The translations under genes and the position numbers were made by a program. Shown here in pieces: positions 1-9,836 of a stretch of DNA of 54,313 nucleotides (its first letter is position 1; every line of letters begins with the position of its first letter). The DNA is from Candidatus Hydrogenedens sp. (GTDB lineage: Bacteria > Hydrogenedentota > Hydrogenedentia > Hydrogenedentales > Hydrogenedentaceae), in assembly GCA_049968235.1 (NCBI GenBank), contig JBMFRC010000022.1, forward strand, positions 1 through 54,313. Direction: 5' to 3'. The notes under the pieces were generated by a model that had not been told where the DNA came from, made no database searches, and saw only the letters and a list, made by a program, of their open reading frames with translations.

Positions 1-1
1 C

Positions 2-697
2 GCAGGCTGGACAAATCAAAATAGAGGAAAAGAAAATGCAGAGGAGTTTATTAAAAAAAGTTTTCCTTCATTGATGGAATACTTAAAACAATATGAAGAG
101 AAAGCAAAAAAACGAGATGACCAAGGCGATTATTGGTGGGAACTTCGCAAATGTGCCTACTACCCCGAGTTTGAGAAGGAGAAGATTATTTACATTGAAA
201 TAATGACCGATAATTGGGAAGAAGGTTATGAATTTCCATGTTATACATATAGAAATGACACATGCTTTGTCTTAAATACCGCCTACATTATGACAGGTAA
301 AAATTTAAAATATATACTTGGATTATTGAATTCTAAATTTGGTAGTTATTTGGTAAAGCAACATGTTACTCAGCTTCAAAAAAGGCAATTTAGAATGTTG
401 GCACAATATGTAAACAATTTTGAGATTTCCCCCATCACGTCAGGGAACGAGGGCTTGGTGAAGCGTATAGAGGAACTCGTAGATAAAATCCTGGCGGCAA
501 AGAAAGATAACCCGCAGGCGGATACAAAAAATTTTGAAGAGGAAATAGACAAGCTTGTTTATAAATTGTATAATTTAACGGAAGAGGAGATAAGGATAAT
601 TGAAGGAGGGGAAATAACTCCGTGCTACTCCGTGGAGAGAGAAAAAAAATACTCCACCACAGAGACACAGAGAAACATAGAGAAGCAAAAGGGATGA
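2..697 (+). CDS. 5'-truncated CDS: C-terminal TaqI-like target-recognition domain of a type IIG restriction enzyme / N6-adenine DNA methyltransferase (Eco57I/PglX-like)
   Basis: The reading frame is open from the window edge (AGWTNQNRGKENAEEFIKK...) into the tracked ORF. Motifs such as YIMTGKNLKYILGLLNSKFGSYL and DYWWEL are typical of the TaqI_C specificity domain found at the C-terminus of type IIG RM / BREX PglX methylases. Confidence 0.5.
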   Translation, partial: AGWTNQNRGKENAEEFIKKSFPSLMEYLKQYEEKAKKRDDQGDYWWELRKCAYYPEFEKEKIIYIEIMTDNWEEGYEFPCYTYRNDTCFVLNTAYIMTGKNLKYILGLLNSKFGSYLVKQHVTQLQKRQFRMLAQYVNNFEISPITSGNEGLVKRIEELVDKILAAKKDNPQADTKNFEEEIDKLVYKLYNLTEEEIRIIEGGEITPCYSVEREKKYSTTETQRNIEKQKG

Positions 698-939
698 GAA
701 ATAAAATTAAAAATCTTGTTGTGAAACCATTCGTCTATACATTTTATCCCTATATACCCTGCGAGAAAAGAACTGTATACGAGCGCATACAATAATTAAA
801 TCCGCCGTATACGTGTTTACACATATCCAACGGGAAAATTAAGATAAATCGATTATGATGAAAAATTTTCGCCTCTATATTTTTCAATCCGTATAGGAAA
901 TGCACCTTTTTTTTTGTATCATAAAAACATATGGGGTTT

Positions 940-2226
940 TTATTTTAGTTTGGATATGCCTTTTTGGGCGATGTCTGTTCGGTAGTGCATCCCGTCGAAG
1001 TGAATTTTTTGGATAGCGTTATAAACTCGCTGGACGGCGGATATGAGGTCTTTGTCCCAACCTGTAACATTGAGGACGCGTCCACCGTTTGTGTATAGTT
1101 TACCATTTTGTTCTATTGTACCAGCGTGGAATACAACGATATTGGGGTCTTTTTCTGCTTCTGTTATGCCTGTGATTTCTTTGCCTTTTTCATAGGAGCC
1201 GGGATAGCCCTGACTTGTTAGAGCGACGGTAACGCAGGCATAGGGGGAATATTCAATGGAGTATTTATGTAGTGTTTCTTCTACTACAGCCCAGAATAGA
1301 GGGACTATATCGGATTCCATACGGGGTAGTATGGCTTGTGTTTCCGGGTCTCCGAATCGGACATTGAATTCGATAACATACGGATTTTGTTTGGGGTCTA
1401 TCATTAATCCGGCGTATAAAATACCTTTGAAGGGTGTATTTTCGTCCGCCATTGTTTTTATGGTGGGTTTTAATATTTTTTTCAGGATTTTGTTTTCGAC
1501 TTCTGGTGTAACGACAGGTGCTGGGGAATAGGCGCCCATACCGCCGGTATTGGGACCTTTGTCGTTATCAAACACGGGTTTGTGGTCCTGACTGCTTGTA
1601 AGGGGTAGAATATGTTTCCCATCGGAGAAAGCAAGGATACTGGCTTCTTCGCCGGTAAGGAATTGTTCGATGAGTACTTTTTCGCCTGCGGAGCCAAAAA
1701 CCTTTTTGCTTATTGATTGTTCTATGGCGAGGAAAGCGGTTTCTTCGTCATGGGCAACAGTTACTCCTTTTCCTGCGGCGAGTCCATCAGCCTTTATCAC
1801 GAGAGGCACGCCATGTGCACGGACATATTCTTTTGCTGAGTATTCGTCGGTGAATATGGCATATTCTGCGGTTGGGATTCGGGCTTTTCGCATTAATTCT
1901 TTGGCGAAGGATTTACTGGCTTCTAATTGTGCGGATTTTGCAGATGGACCGAATACGGGGATATTTTCTGTTCCTAAAAAATCTGTAATGCCTAAGGCAA
2001 GGGGCTCTTCGGGACCGACGACGACCAGATGTATTTTCTCTTGTTTTATGTAGTCCTTAATGGCTTTGAAGTCTTTTATATTGATAGAGGTGCAGGTGGC
2101 TTTTTCCAATTTTTTAATACCCGGGTTGCCGGGGATAGCATATACATGTTGAATTTCCGGGCTTTGATGGATTTTCCAGCATAGGGCATGTTCTCTTCCG
2201 CCACTGCCTATTACTAATATCCGCAT
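940..2226 (-). CDS. purD: phosphoribosylamine--glycine ligase
   Basis: MRILVIGSGGREHALCWKI N-terminus, ATP-grasp core and full PurD length (428 aa). Confidence 0.95.
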   Translation of the reverse strand: MRILVIGSGGREHALCWKIHQSPEIQHVYAIPGNPGIKKLEKATCTSINIKDFKAIKDYIKQEKIHLVVVGPEEPLALGITDFLGTENIPVFGPSAKSAQLEASKSFAKELMRKARIPTAEYAIFTDEYSAKEYVRAHGVPLVIKADGLAAGKGVTVAHDEETAFLAIEQSISKKVFGSAGEKVLIEQFLTGEEASILAFSDGKHILPLTSSQDHKPVFDNDKGPNTGGMGAYSPAPVVTPEVENKILKKILKPTIKTMADENTPFKGILYAGLMIDPKQNPYVIEFNVRFGDPETQAILPRMESDIVPLFWAVVEETLHKYSIEYSPYACVTVALTSQGYPGSYEKGKEITGITEAEKDPNIVVFHAGTIEQNGKLYTNGGRVLNVTGWDKDLISAVQRVYNAIQKIHFDGMHYRTDIAQKGISKLK

Positions 2227-2272
2227 AGAAATTCCTCCTTATTATCGAAGACTATTGTTTATGTTCGTAAAT

Positions 2273-2908
2273 TTACTGTCCTTTATCCCGTTGGGGTATA
2301 TTTTCCGAAGGGGGTGTTGCTTTGCGGTCGAGAAATTCCGCAATTGTGCGGTCATAACGGGATGTGCAGAAAAAAGCTTCCTGTGCGAGGCGATAACGGG
2401 TTACGAAAGAGACACAGCCATCATGAGCCCGCATTTCGTGCATGACAAGTGGGTAGTAAATTCTATCCACGACGACGGTAACATATCGGAAATTTTTGGC
2501 AGCGGAACGAATCATGGTTATACCGCCGATGTCAATCTGGTCGAACAATTCATCTACTGAACCTGCGGATTGTTCAATAATTCGTGGTATGGGTTTAGGA
2601 TTCACCACGACGAGGTCTATTTCTGGGAAATGGTATTGTTGCATTTGTTCCAGGTGTAGTTTGTTATCACGCAAGGCAAGCAGTCCAGCGTGTATTTTCG
2701 GGTGTAATGTTTTGAGCCTTCCGCCGAGTATTTCAGGGATACCTGTGTATTCTCCAATATATATAGAGGGAATACCATGTGCCTGTAATAACTCATTTGT
2801 GCCGACAGTTGCAATTATTTCCACATGATATTCGTGCAAAAATTTTGCAAATTCAATCAGTTCGCTTTTGTCGTAACAACTGATGACCGCTCTTTTTATC
2901 TTTTGCAT
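2273..2908 (-). CDS. purH: IMP cyclohydrolase domain (PurH N-terminal MGS-like domain) as a stand-alone protein. The ORF could start at the GTG at 2962, but the ATG at 2908 has an AGGAGA RBS.
   Basis: VISCYDKS...VGTNELL...GGRLKTLHPKIHAGLL...VVVNPKP...IDIGGITMIRSAAKNF is collinear with the PurH IMPCH domain. The ORF ends roughly where the AICARFT domain would begin, and purD starts 46 bp downstream. Confidence 0.75.
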   Translation of the reverse strand: MQKIKRAVISCYDKSELIEFAKFLHEYHVEIIATVGTNELLQAHGIPSIYIGEYTGIPEILGGRLKTLHPKIHAGLLALRDNKLHLEQMQQYHFPEIDLVVVNPKPIPRIIEQSAGSVDELFDQIDIGGITMIRSAAKNFRYVTVVVDRIYYPLVMHEMRAHDGCVSFVTRYRLAQEAFFCTSRYDRTIAEFLDRKATPPSENIPQRDKGQ

Positions 2909-3039
2909 GGGTTTCTCCTGAGACATTGGTTTTATGTTTGTATTTGTATGAGATAATTGCACTCATTGCAAAAGCCCGGAACTATATATAAATTTTTTAT
3001 AAGATACATTTTAACATAAAGTTCAGGTTCTTTTTGCTG

Positions 3040-3909
3040 TTATAAAAGTGAATTTTTTTCGTCATCGAAGGTTACGGTTATTTCCCCCTTTAATAGTTTC
3101 ATAACTTCTTGAATATCAATCCATGCTTTCTTTTTATCTGCAGGATTTCTCAATAGATATGCAGGATGGTATGTAACCCGCATGGGAATCCCATGATAAT
3201 TGTGCCATTTTCCCCTCAATTCGTTCAGAGTCGCATCGGTTTTCAGTAGTGTTTGTGCAGAGATTCGCCCTAAAGCACAAACGACTTTGGGACGAATTAA
3301 TTCCAGTTGTCGGATTAAATAAGGCTCGCAATTCATTACTTCCATAGGATTGGGGTCGCGATTATTTGGGGGACGGCATTTTAAGACATTGCAAATATAG
3401 ACATCCTCACGACGCATTTTCATACCTTTGACGATAATATCGGTCAATAATTGCCCTGCTCTTCCTACAAAGGGCAGTCCCTGACGGTCTTCTTCCGCTC
3501 CGGGTGCTTCTCCTACGAAAACCAACTCTGCGTTTGGGTTACCGTCTCCGAAAACAGTATTTGTTCTATCTTCATGAATAGGGCATTTTTTGCATTTTGA
3601 TACCTCTTGATTTATTACATCAAGTTTTTGTTGTATGTCGGAGATAATCGAGGTTTTTCTTACTTGTTCATATACCGTGTTCGGGTATGCCATATCATTC
3701 GTATTTGTCAATGAGGTCCTAACATCTTCATTTTTTTCACTACTATCTCTTATTTGTGCCATTTGTTTTGCGTAGGATTGTGCATCAAAGGAATTCCATC
3801 GCTCCAGAAAGTCAGGAGAAACAGTAATTGCTTTTTTATATTTGGATTCTTGCTGTAAAAGACTTAACAATTCATTGAGTATTTCTTGTATCTCTTTTTG
3901 AAAGTTCAT
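3040..3909 (-). CDS. udg: uracil-DNA glycosylase, family 4, with an ~110-aa N-terminal extension
   Basis: VFGDGNPNAELVFVGEAPGAEEDRQGLPFVGRAGQLL and YICNVLKCRPPNNRDP are family-4 UDG motifs. Confidence 0.85.
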   Translation of the reverse strand: MNFQKEIQEILNELLSLLQQESKYKKAITVSPDFLERWNSFDAQSYAKQMAQIRDSSEKNEDVRTSLTNTNDMAYPNTVYEQVRKTSIISDIQQKLDVINQEVSKCKKCPIHEDRTNTVFGDGNPNAELVFVGEAPGAEEDRQGLPFVGRAGQLLTDIIVKGMKMRREDVYICNVLKCRPPNNRDPNPMEVMNCEPYLIRQLELIRPKVVCALGRISAQTLLKTDATLNELRGKWHNYHGIPMRVTYHPAYLLRNPADKKKAWIDIQEVMKLLKGEITVTFDDEKNSLL

Positions 3910-3994
3910 TAAAAAATCCTGTTCTATTTTTTGTATATAATATATGCAAAATTAGTTTAGGTGATAACTATTTTAATAAACCTTAATCTGAATT

Positions 3995-4507
3995 TTGAAA
4001 TCAATGAAGCCTGAAGAGGTAATCATATATCAACTTGTCAGTAAACATCTAACACTGGCTACAGCGGAATCGTGCACAGGTGGACTTATTTCACATCGTC
4101 TAACGAATGTTTCCGGTTCATCGGCAGTATTTGTGGGTGGTGTTATCGCCTATAGCAATGAAGTTAAAAAATCCCTGTTAGGAGTTTCGGAATCTTCATT
4201 AACGGAGTATGGAGCAGTGAGTAATCCTGTTGCCCTCGAAATGGCTACAGGTGTTTGTAAAAGATTAAATAGCGATATTGGTGTAGGAGTAACAGGTATT
4301 GCGGGACCTACAGGAGGGACCCCGGAAAAGCCCGTAGGTCTGGTATATATTTCTGTTGTCTGTCTACCTTATAACATGCATGTAGTTAGAGAGTGTCAGT
4401 TTCATGGGACACGTTCCGAAATTAAACAGCAGACATCAGATTTCGCTCTGGAATTATTGCTTGAAATATTAAATAACATAAAGGGAAGGAGAGATATTCA
4501 TGAATAA
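3995..4507 (+). CDS. pncC: CinA C-terminal-domain protein (nicotinamide-nucleotide amidohydrolase PncC-like)
   Basis: LATAESCTGGLISHRLTNVSGSSAVFVGGVIAYSNEVK and GVGVTGIAGP are CinA_C motifs. The gene overlaps the dnaE start by 8 bp. Confidence 0.8.
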   Translation: MKSMKPEEVIIYQLVSKHLTLATAESCTGGLISHRLTNVSGSSAVFVGGVIAYSNEVKKSLLGVSESSLTEYGAVSNPVALEMATGVCKRLNSDIGVGVTGIAGPTGGTPEKPVGLVYISVVCLPYNMHVVRECQFHGTRSEIKQQTSDFALELLLEILNNIKGRRDIHE

Positions 4508-7500
4508 TGAATTTGTTCATTTACATACACATTCTGAATATAGCATATTGGACGGAATGTCAAAGATTGAGGATTTAATTCGCCTTTGCTATAAGTATCG
4601 TATGCCTGCGTTAGCATTGACAGAGCATGGGAACATGTTTAGCACAGTCCCCTTTTATAGAACTTTGAAAAAATTGAAGTCGGGGAGTGATTTTCAACTC
4701 AAACAAATCATTGGTGCGGAATTGTATGTGGCCCCTGAAAGCAGGACTGATAAAAAAGCAAAAGAATTTGACCGGAGTTATTATCATCTTCTCTTACTAT
4801 GTGAAAATGAAATAGGGTATAAAAATCTCTGTCGATTAATTACCACAGGCTATATGGATGGTTTTTATATTAAACCTCGAGTGGATATGGAATTGTTATC
4901 GGAATGTCATGAGGGATTAATTGTAAGTAGTGCCTGTATTAGCAGTCGAATTGCAAAAGCCATTTATTATGATAAGAAGGATATGGCTGTAGATACATTG
5001 AATAAACTTATAGATATATTTGGGAAGGACCATGTATTTTTAGAAATTATGTATCATTCTTTGCCGGATGAGGACAAGGTAAACAGCGGTATTATCGAAT
5101 TATCAAAAAGATATTCCATTCCGTTGATTGCAACTCAGGATTCCCATTATACAAATCCGGATGATGCGGAAGCGCATGAAGTATTATTGTGCATTCAATC
5201 ACAAACGACACTGATGAATGAAAATCGGTGGCGATTTGGTAGTAATGAATTTTACTTTCGCAGTCCACAAGAGATGTACGAGATATTTAAGGATTATCCG
5301 GAAGCGTGCAAGAATACAGTCCGGGTCGCAGAGATGTGCAAAAGTGATATTATTAAAAAACATGATTTAATTCCTAAATACAAACCCGAAGATAATTCGG
5401 ATAGTTATACTTTTTTGAGAAAATTGATTGATGAAGGATTTAAGAAGAGATTTGGTGATAAAATTCCACCGGGTTATAAAGAGCGTGCGGAGTATGAATT
5501 ATCTGTAATTGAACAATTAAAATTTGTAGATTATTTTCTTGTGGTATGGGACATTGTCCATTTTGCCCGAACACGGGGTATTCCTGTGGGTCCGGGTAGG
5601 GGTTCTGCGGCAGGGAGTCTCGTGGCGTATCTTCTGGAAATCACGGATGTTGACCCTATCCGCTATCAACTCCTGTTTGAGCGATTTTTAAATCCGCAAC
5701 GCGTGAGTATGCCTGATATCGATATAGACTTTGCAGATGACCGTCGGATGGAGCTTGTCAAATATGCAATTCAGAAATATGGGCAGGAGAATGTCGCACT
5801 TATTGCAACATTTCAACGCTCAATGGCAAAGAATGTTATCCGTGATGTAGGTCGTGTGCTGGGTATCAATTATGGGGAAGTTGACGAGATTGCGAAGATG
5901 ATTCCCAAAGGGGCACATAACTTGAATGAAGCTATGCAAAAGGAGCCAGAACTAAAAAAGCGAATAGAATCGGAACCTAACTTACAGCGATTATGGAAAT
6001 TAGCCCTGAAATTAGAAGGGACTGTCCGTAATTCCGGTATACATGCGGCAGGGGTTGTTATCTGCGATAAACCGATTGTTAATTATATTGCTACTTTCAA
6101 AGACAAAAATTCTGAGTTTATATCCACGCAGGCAGAAAAGGAGTGTGTGGAGGAATTAGGTTTATTAAAAATGGACTTCTTAGCCCTAAAAACATTGAGC
6201 GTTATTCAAAACGCATTAAAATTGATAAAAAAACATAAAGGCATTGATTTAAATATAAACGAAATCCCTCTGAATGATGAAAAAGTATATAAGATGCTTC
6301 AAGATGGAAATACATTAGGCGTGTTCCAATTAGAAAGTGGAGGAATGAGAAAAACTGTGGTTCAATTAAAGACGCAGTCATTTGAGGAAATCACCGCTCT
6401 GGTGGCACTATACCGTCCCGGACCCATGAGGTATACGGATGTATTTATTGAGAACAAACTGAATCCAGCAAGGATTCAATACTGGCATCCGATGTTGGAA
6501 CCTATCGTGAAAGAGACCTATGGAATACCTATCTATCAGGAGCAGGTCATGCAAATAGCCCAACTTTGTGCCGGTTTCTCATTACCCGAATCAGATATGT
6601 TGCGTCAGGGTATGGCTAAAAAGAAAGCGGATATTGTAGAAGCGAGACGGTTACCGTTCATTGAGGGCTGTGTAAAAAACGGAATTGATAAACAAACTGC
6701 GGAACAAATTTTTGCCAATATTGAGGATTTTGCCAATTACGGTTTTAACAAATCCCACAGTGTTGCATACGGAATTCTGGTCTATCAAACTGCCTATTTG
6801 AAAGCGAACTATCCCGAAGAGTATATGTGTGCATTGTTAAATAAGGAAGTAGAAAACCTTGATAAAATCTCCCTGTATATTCAGGAATGCAACCGGATGG
6901 GTATTTCCATACTTCCGCCGGATGTAAATAAGAGTGAGGCAGATTTTTCAATTGAAGATAAAGCCATCCGTTTTGGATTGAGTGTTATCAAAAATGTTGG
7001 TACAGGTGTTTGCGAATTAATTGTGAACGAGCGAGAACAACACGGTCCTTATAAAGATATTTTTGATTTCTGTTGCCGACTGAATCCACGACAAATCAAT
7101 AGGCGAGTGCTTGAAAATTTGATTAAAGCAGGGGCAATGGATTCATTCGGGCTAACTCGAAAAAGCCTTTTCGAAATGATAAATGTAGCCATTGCAGAGA
7201 CTCAACTCATCAGCAAAGAACGCTCCTCCGGACAAATAAGCCTTTTTGGTGAGGTCCCCATTACAACTTTCAATAACAATATCCGCAATGAAATTATCCA
7301 GAAGGAAGAATGGCACTTATTGCAGAAACTCTCTTATGAGAAGGAAGTAATAGGAATCTATATCTCGGGACACCCATTAGAGCAATATAAAGATATGTTA
7401 AAATTATGGACTACACCCAACGATATTATTGAAAAGAAACAGGAAGGCGAAGATATAATTTTTGGAGGCATCATTTCTGAAATTAAATATTATGACAGTG

Positions 7501-7982
7501 CGAAGGGGAGAATGGCTTTTGTTAAATTGGACAATACCGAACAGCAATATGAAATAACATGCTTCGCAGATACCTATGAAAGGTCAAAGGATTTGATAAA
7601 TGAAGGAAATATAGTGCTAATTCATGCACGCGTTAATTGTAGAAATTCAAAACGCGGATATATCGCTCGTATGATTATTCCTCCCGATGAGTGTATGATT
7701 TTTGCCCGTACTTTCCATATTCGGGTGGATTCTACAATCAATGAGGATACTTACGAAAAAATCATGGATATATTCGCACATAATTCCGGTGACTGTGATG
7801 TCTTTTTTCACTATCAGGATTTTGCAAAACAAAGAGAAATCATTATTCAGGCAAATCTGGGTATAAAAGTTCCGGCTAAAATACAAATTATTGCTGAGAT
7901 AGAAAAAATTATAGGGGAAAAGAACGCATGGTTTAGTGCAGGAAATTTATTGCCTGTATCTTATAACGGGAAAAGTAGATAA
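4500..7982 (+). CDS. dnaE: DNA polymerase III alpha subunit
   Basis: FVHLHTHSEYSILDG PHP domain, polymerase core and OB fold; 1160 aa. Confidence 0.95.
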   Translation: MNNEFVHLHTHSEYSILDGMSKIEDLIRLCYKYRMPALALTEHGNMFSTVPFYRTLKKLKSGSDFQLKQIIGAELYVAPESRTDKKAKEFDRSYYHLLLLCENEIGYKNLCRLITTGYMDGFYIKPRVDMELLSECHEGLIVSSACISSRIAKAIYYDKKDMAVDTLNKLIDIFGKDHVFLEIMYHSLPDEDKVNSGIIELSKRYSIPLIATQDSHYTNPDDAEAHEVLLCIQSQTTLMNENRWRFGSNEFYFRSPQEMYEIFKDYPEACKNTVRVAEMCKSDIIKKHDLIPKYKPEDNSDSYTFLRKLIDEGFKKRFGDKIPPGYKERAEYELSVIEQLKFVDYFLVVWDIVHFARTRGIPVGPGRGSAAGSLVAYLLEITDVDPIRYQLLFERFLNPQRVSMPDIDIDFADDRRMELVKYAIQKYGQENVALIATFQRSMAKNVIRDVGRVLGINYGEVDEIAKMIPKGAHNLNEAMQKEPELKKRIESEPNLQRLWKLALKLEGTVRNSGIHAAGVVICDKPIVNYIATFKDKNSEFISTQAEKECVEELGLLKMDFLALKTLSVIQNALKLIKKHKGIDLNINEIPLNDEKVYKMLQDGNTLGVFQLESGGMRKTVVQLKTQSFEEITALVALYRPGPMRYTDVFIENKLNPARIQYWHPMLEPIVKETYGIPIYQEQVMQIAQLCAGFSLPESDMLRQGMAKKKADIVEARRLPFIEGCVKNGIDKQTAEQIFANIEDFANYGFNKSHSVAYGILVYQTAYLKANYPEEYMCALLNKEVENLDKISLYIQECNRMGISILPPDVNKSEADFSIEDKAIRFGLSVIKNVGTGVCELIVNEREQHGPYKDIFDFCCRLNPRQINRRVLENLIKAGAMDSFGLTRKSLFEMINVAIAETQLISKERSSGQISLFGEVPITTFNNNIRNEIIQKEEWHLLQKLSYEKEVIGIYISGHPLEQYKDMLKLWTTPNDIIEKKQEGEDIIFGGIISEIKYYDSAKGRMAFVKLDNTEQQYEITCFADTYERSKDLINEGNIVLIHARVNCRNSKRGYIARMIIPPDECMIFARTFHIRVDSTINEDTYEKIMDIFAHNSGDCDVFFHYQDFAKQREIIIQANLGIKVPAKIQIIAEIEKIIGEKNAWFSAGNLLPVSYNGKSR

Positions 7983-8059
7983 ATCTTTTGTCTATTTACA
8001 AGAGAAAGTGTGTATTGCTCTTAAACAAGACTTAAACAGGATATAATGTGGTAAGAAAA

Positions 8060-9379
8060 TTAAAATATGAATTTGAATACCCATGCATGTTGACAGGGGA
8101 TTTGTGCAGGTGAAACGCATGGGGTTGTTATTATCCATTCACCATTGCCATCCTCTATGGGGACTGCTATGTCTGTGCCTAATAGGCTAACCTTTGGCAA
8201 AGTCTGGAATTCGTTGGATTTCGGAATAGCCCATTTCTCAGGAAACCATTTCAAAGCAATGGCATAGATAGTATTTCCCTTACGTGTGAAACGGAAATTT
8301 TCCATCTTCGGAGCGTCTTTCCATACATCCGTTCCGTAGATGGCATCACCGTTAACTTCCAACCATTTGCCCATCTCCAATAACCGTTCCTGCATTATCT
8401 CCGGTATGCGTCCATCTGCGGAGGGACCTATGTCCAAAAGCAGGTTACCCCCGCGTGAGACATTGTCAATCAGCAAATGAAGCAATTCCGTCGTGCTACG
8501 ATAACAATCCGCATCTTCATTCCTATTCAGACCGAATGACTTACCCATACCCTGGCACTCTTCAAACCTACCCTCTTTAATCAAATGCCCATCAGGGATA
8601 CTCCCATACTCAGGTGTTGCAAAACCTCCATGTATATTACGACAATCTTTGCCCCAGCGGTCATTTATGGCAATATCTTTTGGTACAGGCGATTCATTGA
8701 ACAGCCATGCTAAAAACTCTGTGCTACGCCAGACGGAACTCGGATGGTCCCATTCGCCATCAGGCCAGAACACATCCGGTTGATAACGCACTATTAAATC
8801 CTTCATTTGCGGTAGCATGTATTCATCTACATATTTTTTTACATCCGTGTTATATAATGGATTAAACCACTCGTACATACAATAATAAAACCCCATTTTT
8901 AACCCCACTTTCCGAACGGCAGTTATTAAATCGCCCGCTAAATCTCGATGTGGACCTATATCCACAGAATTCCAATTCCAACTATGAGGTGCCTGCCAGA
9001 GACAGAAACCCTCAACATGCTTCGAAGTCAATACGACATACTTTGCCCCCGACCTTTTAAATATATCTGCCCATTGGTCCGGGTCAAAAAGTTCCGCCTT
9101 GAACATCGGAGCGAAGTCCTGATACTTAAATCTTTCACCATATTTATCCTTATGAAACTTCCATGTTTGGCTGTTTTTATCCTCCATGTAATACCAATAC
9201 CATTCCGCATACTGGTCTTTCGGTCCCCATGAAGGCACAGAATAAACACCCCAATGAATAAAAATTCCAAATTTAGCATCTTCAAACCATTGCGGATTAG
9301 GTCTTTGGTCTAACGATTCCCATGTCGGTTCATATCCTGCACAAATGCCTGTGCAGATAAAAATAAGCAATAAATTCAT
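8060..9379 (-). CDS. alpha-L-fucosidase (GH29), secreted
   Basis: Signal peptide MNLLLIFICTGICAG, then FGIFIHWGVYSVPSWG and YVVLTSKHVEGFCLW, which match GH29 signatures. Confidence 0.85.
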   Translation of the reverse strand: MNLLLIFICTGICAGYEPTWESLDQRPNPQWFEDAKFGIFIHWGVYSVPSWGPKDQYAEWYWYYMEDKNSQTWKFHKDKYGERFKYQDFAPMFKAELFDPDQWADIFKRSGAKYVVLTSKHVEGFCLWQAPHSWNWNSVDIGPHRDLAGDLITAVRKVGLKMGFYYCMYEWFNPLYNTDVKKYVDEYMLPQMKDLIVRYQPDVFWPDGEWDHPSSVWRSTEFLAWLFNESPVPKDIAINDRWGKDCRNIHGGFATPEYGSIPDGHLIKEGRFEECQGMGKSFGLNRNEDADCYRSTTELLHLLIDNVSRGGNLLLDIGPSADGRIPEIMQERLLEMGKWLEVNGDAIYGTDVWKDAPKMENFRFTRKGNTIYAIALKWFPEKWAIPKSNEFQTLPKVSLLGTDIAVPIEDGNGEWIITTPCVSPAQIPCQHAWVFKFIF

Positions 9380-9836
9380 AAAAATACCCTTTCACTTTTC
9401 ACAAATTTTATGATACCACAAATCATGTTTTATATATCCCTCTTCCCCACATCCTCTTTGAATAATAACTTATATATTTTTTATCCTCATTATTAAACAC
9501 GAACAGAGTGTTAATATCAGATTTTTCTGATTTGGGGGATAGGGAGTATGTCGCCCAAGAGTTTATAAGATTAAGATGTCGGGATTTGTCTCCGATAGAA
9601 TTTTGTTCACTGTATCTGTCGAGGGGAATATTTAAATACCTCCGTAAAATATTTTTACAATCCTGAGATAAAACGGTTATGACCCGTGAATTGAAAATTA
9701 TTTTCAGATAGTCTTTGGATGATAGGAATACTATTTTACTGTCTTATTTTTTTTCACCCATTTTATTTTGTATATCACATTGGTTTAAGTTGTTTTGTTT
9801 GTAAGAAAAGGTAACAGTGTCTATGGCTCAAATAAT

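Noticed and set aside
1256-2053. Three ORFs (91, 71 and 127 aa) on the opposite or alternate frames within purD
   Set aside because: These are shadow ORFs wholly inside a well-supported conserved gene. The same applies to 2255..2560, 2496..2828, 6745..6951, 7647..7886, 8948..9285, 13177..13614, 25040..25306, 28615..29092 and similar.
7313-7334. Sigma-54 promoter-like TGGCAC...TTGCA
   Set aside because: The GG/GC spacing is 8 nt rather than 10, and it lies inside the dnaE coding region, so it is a chance match.
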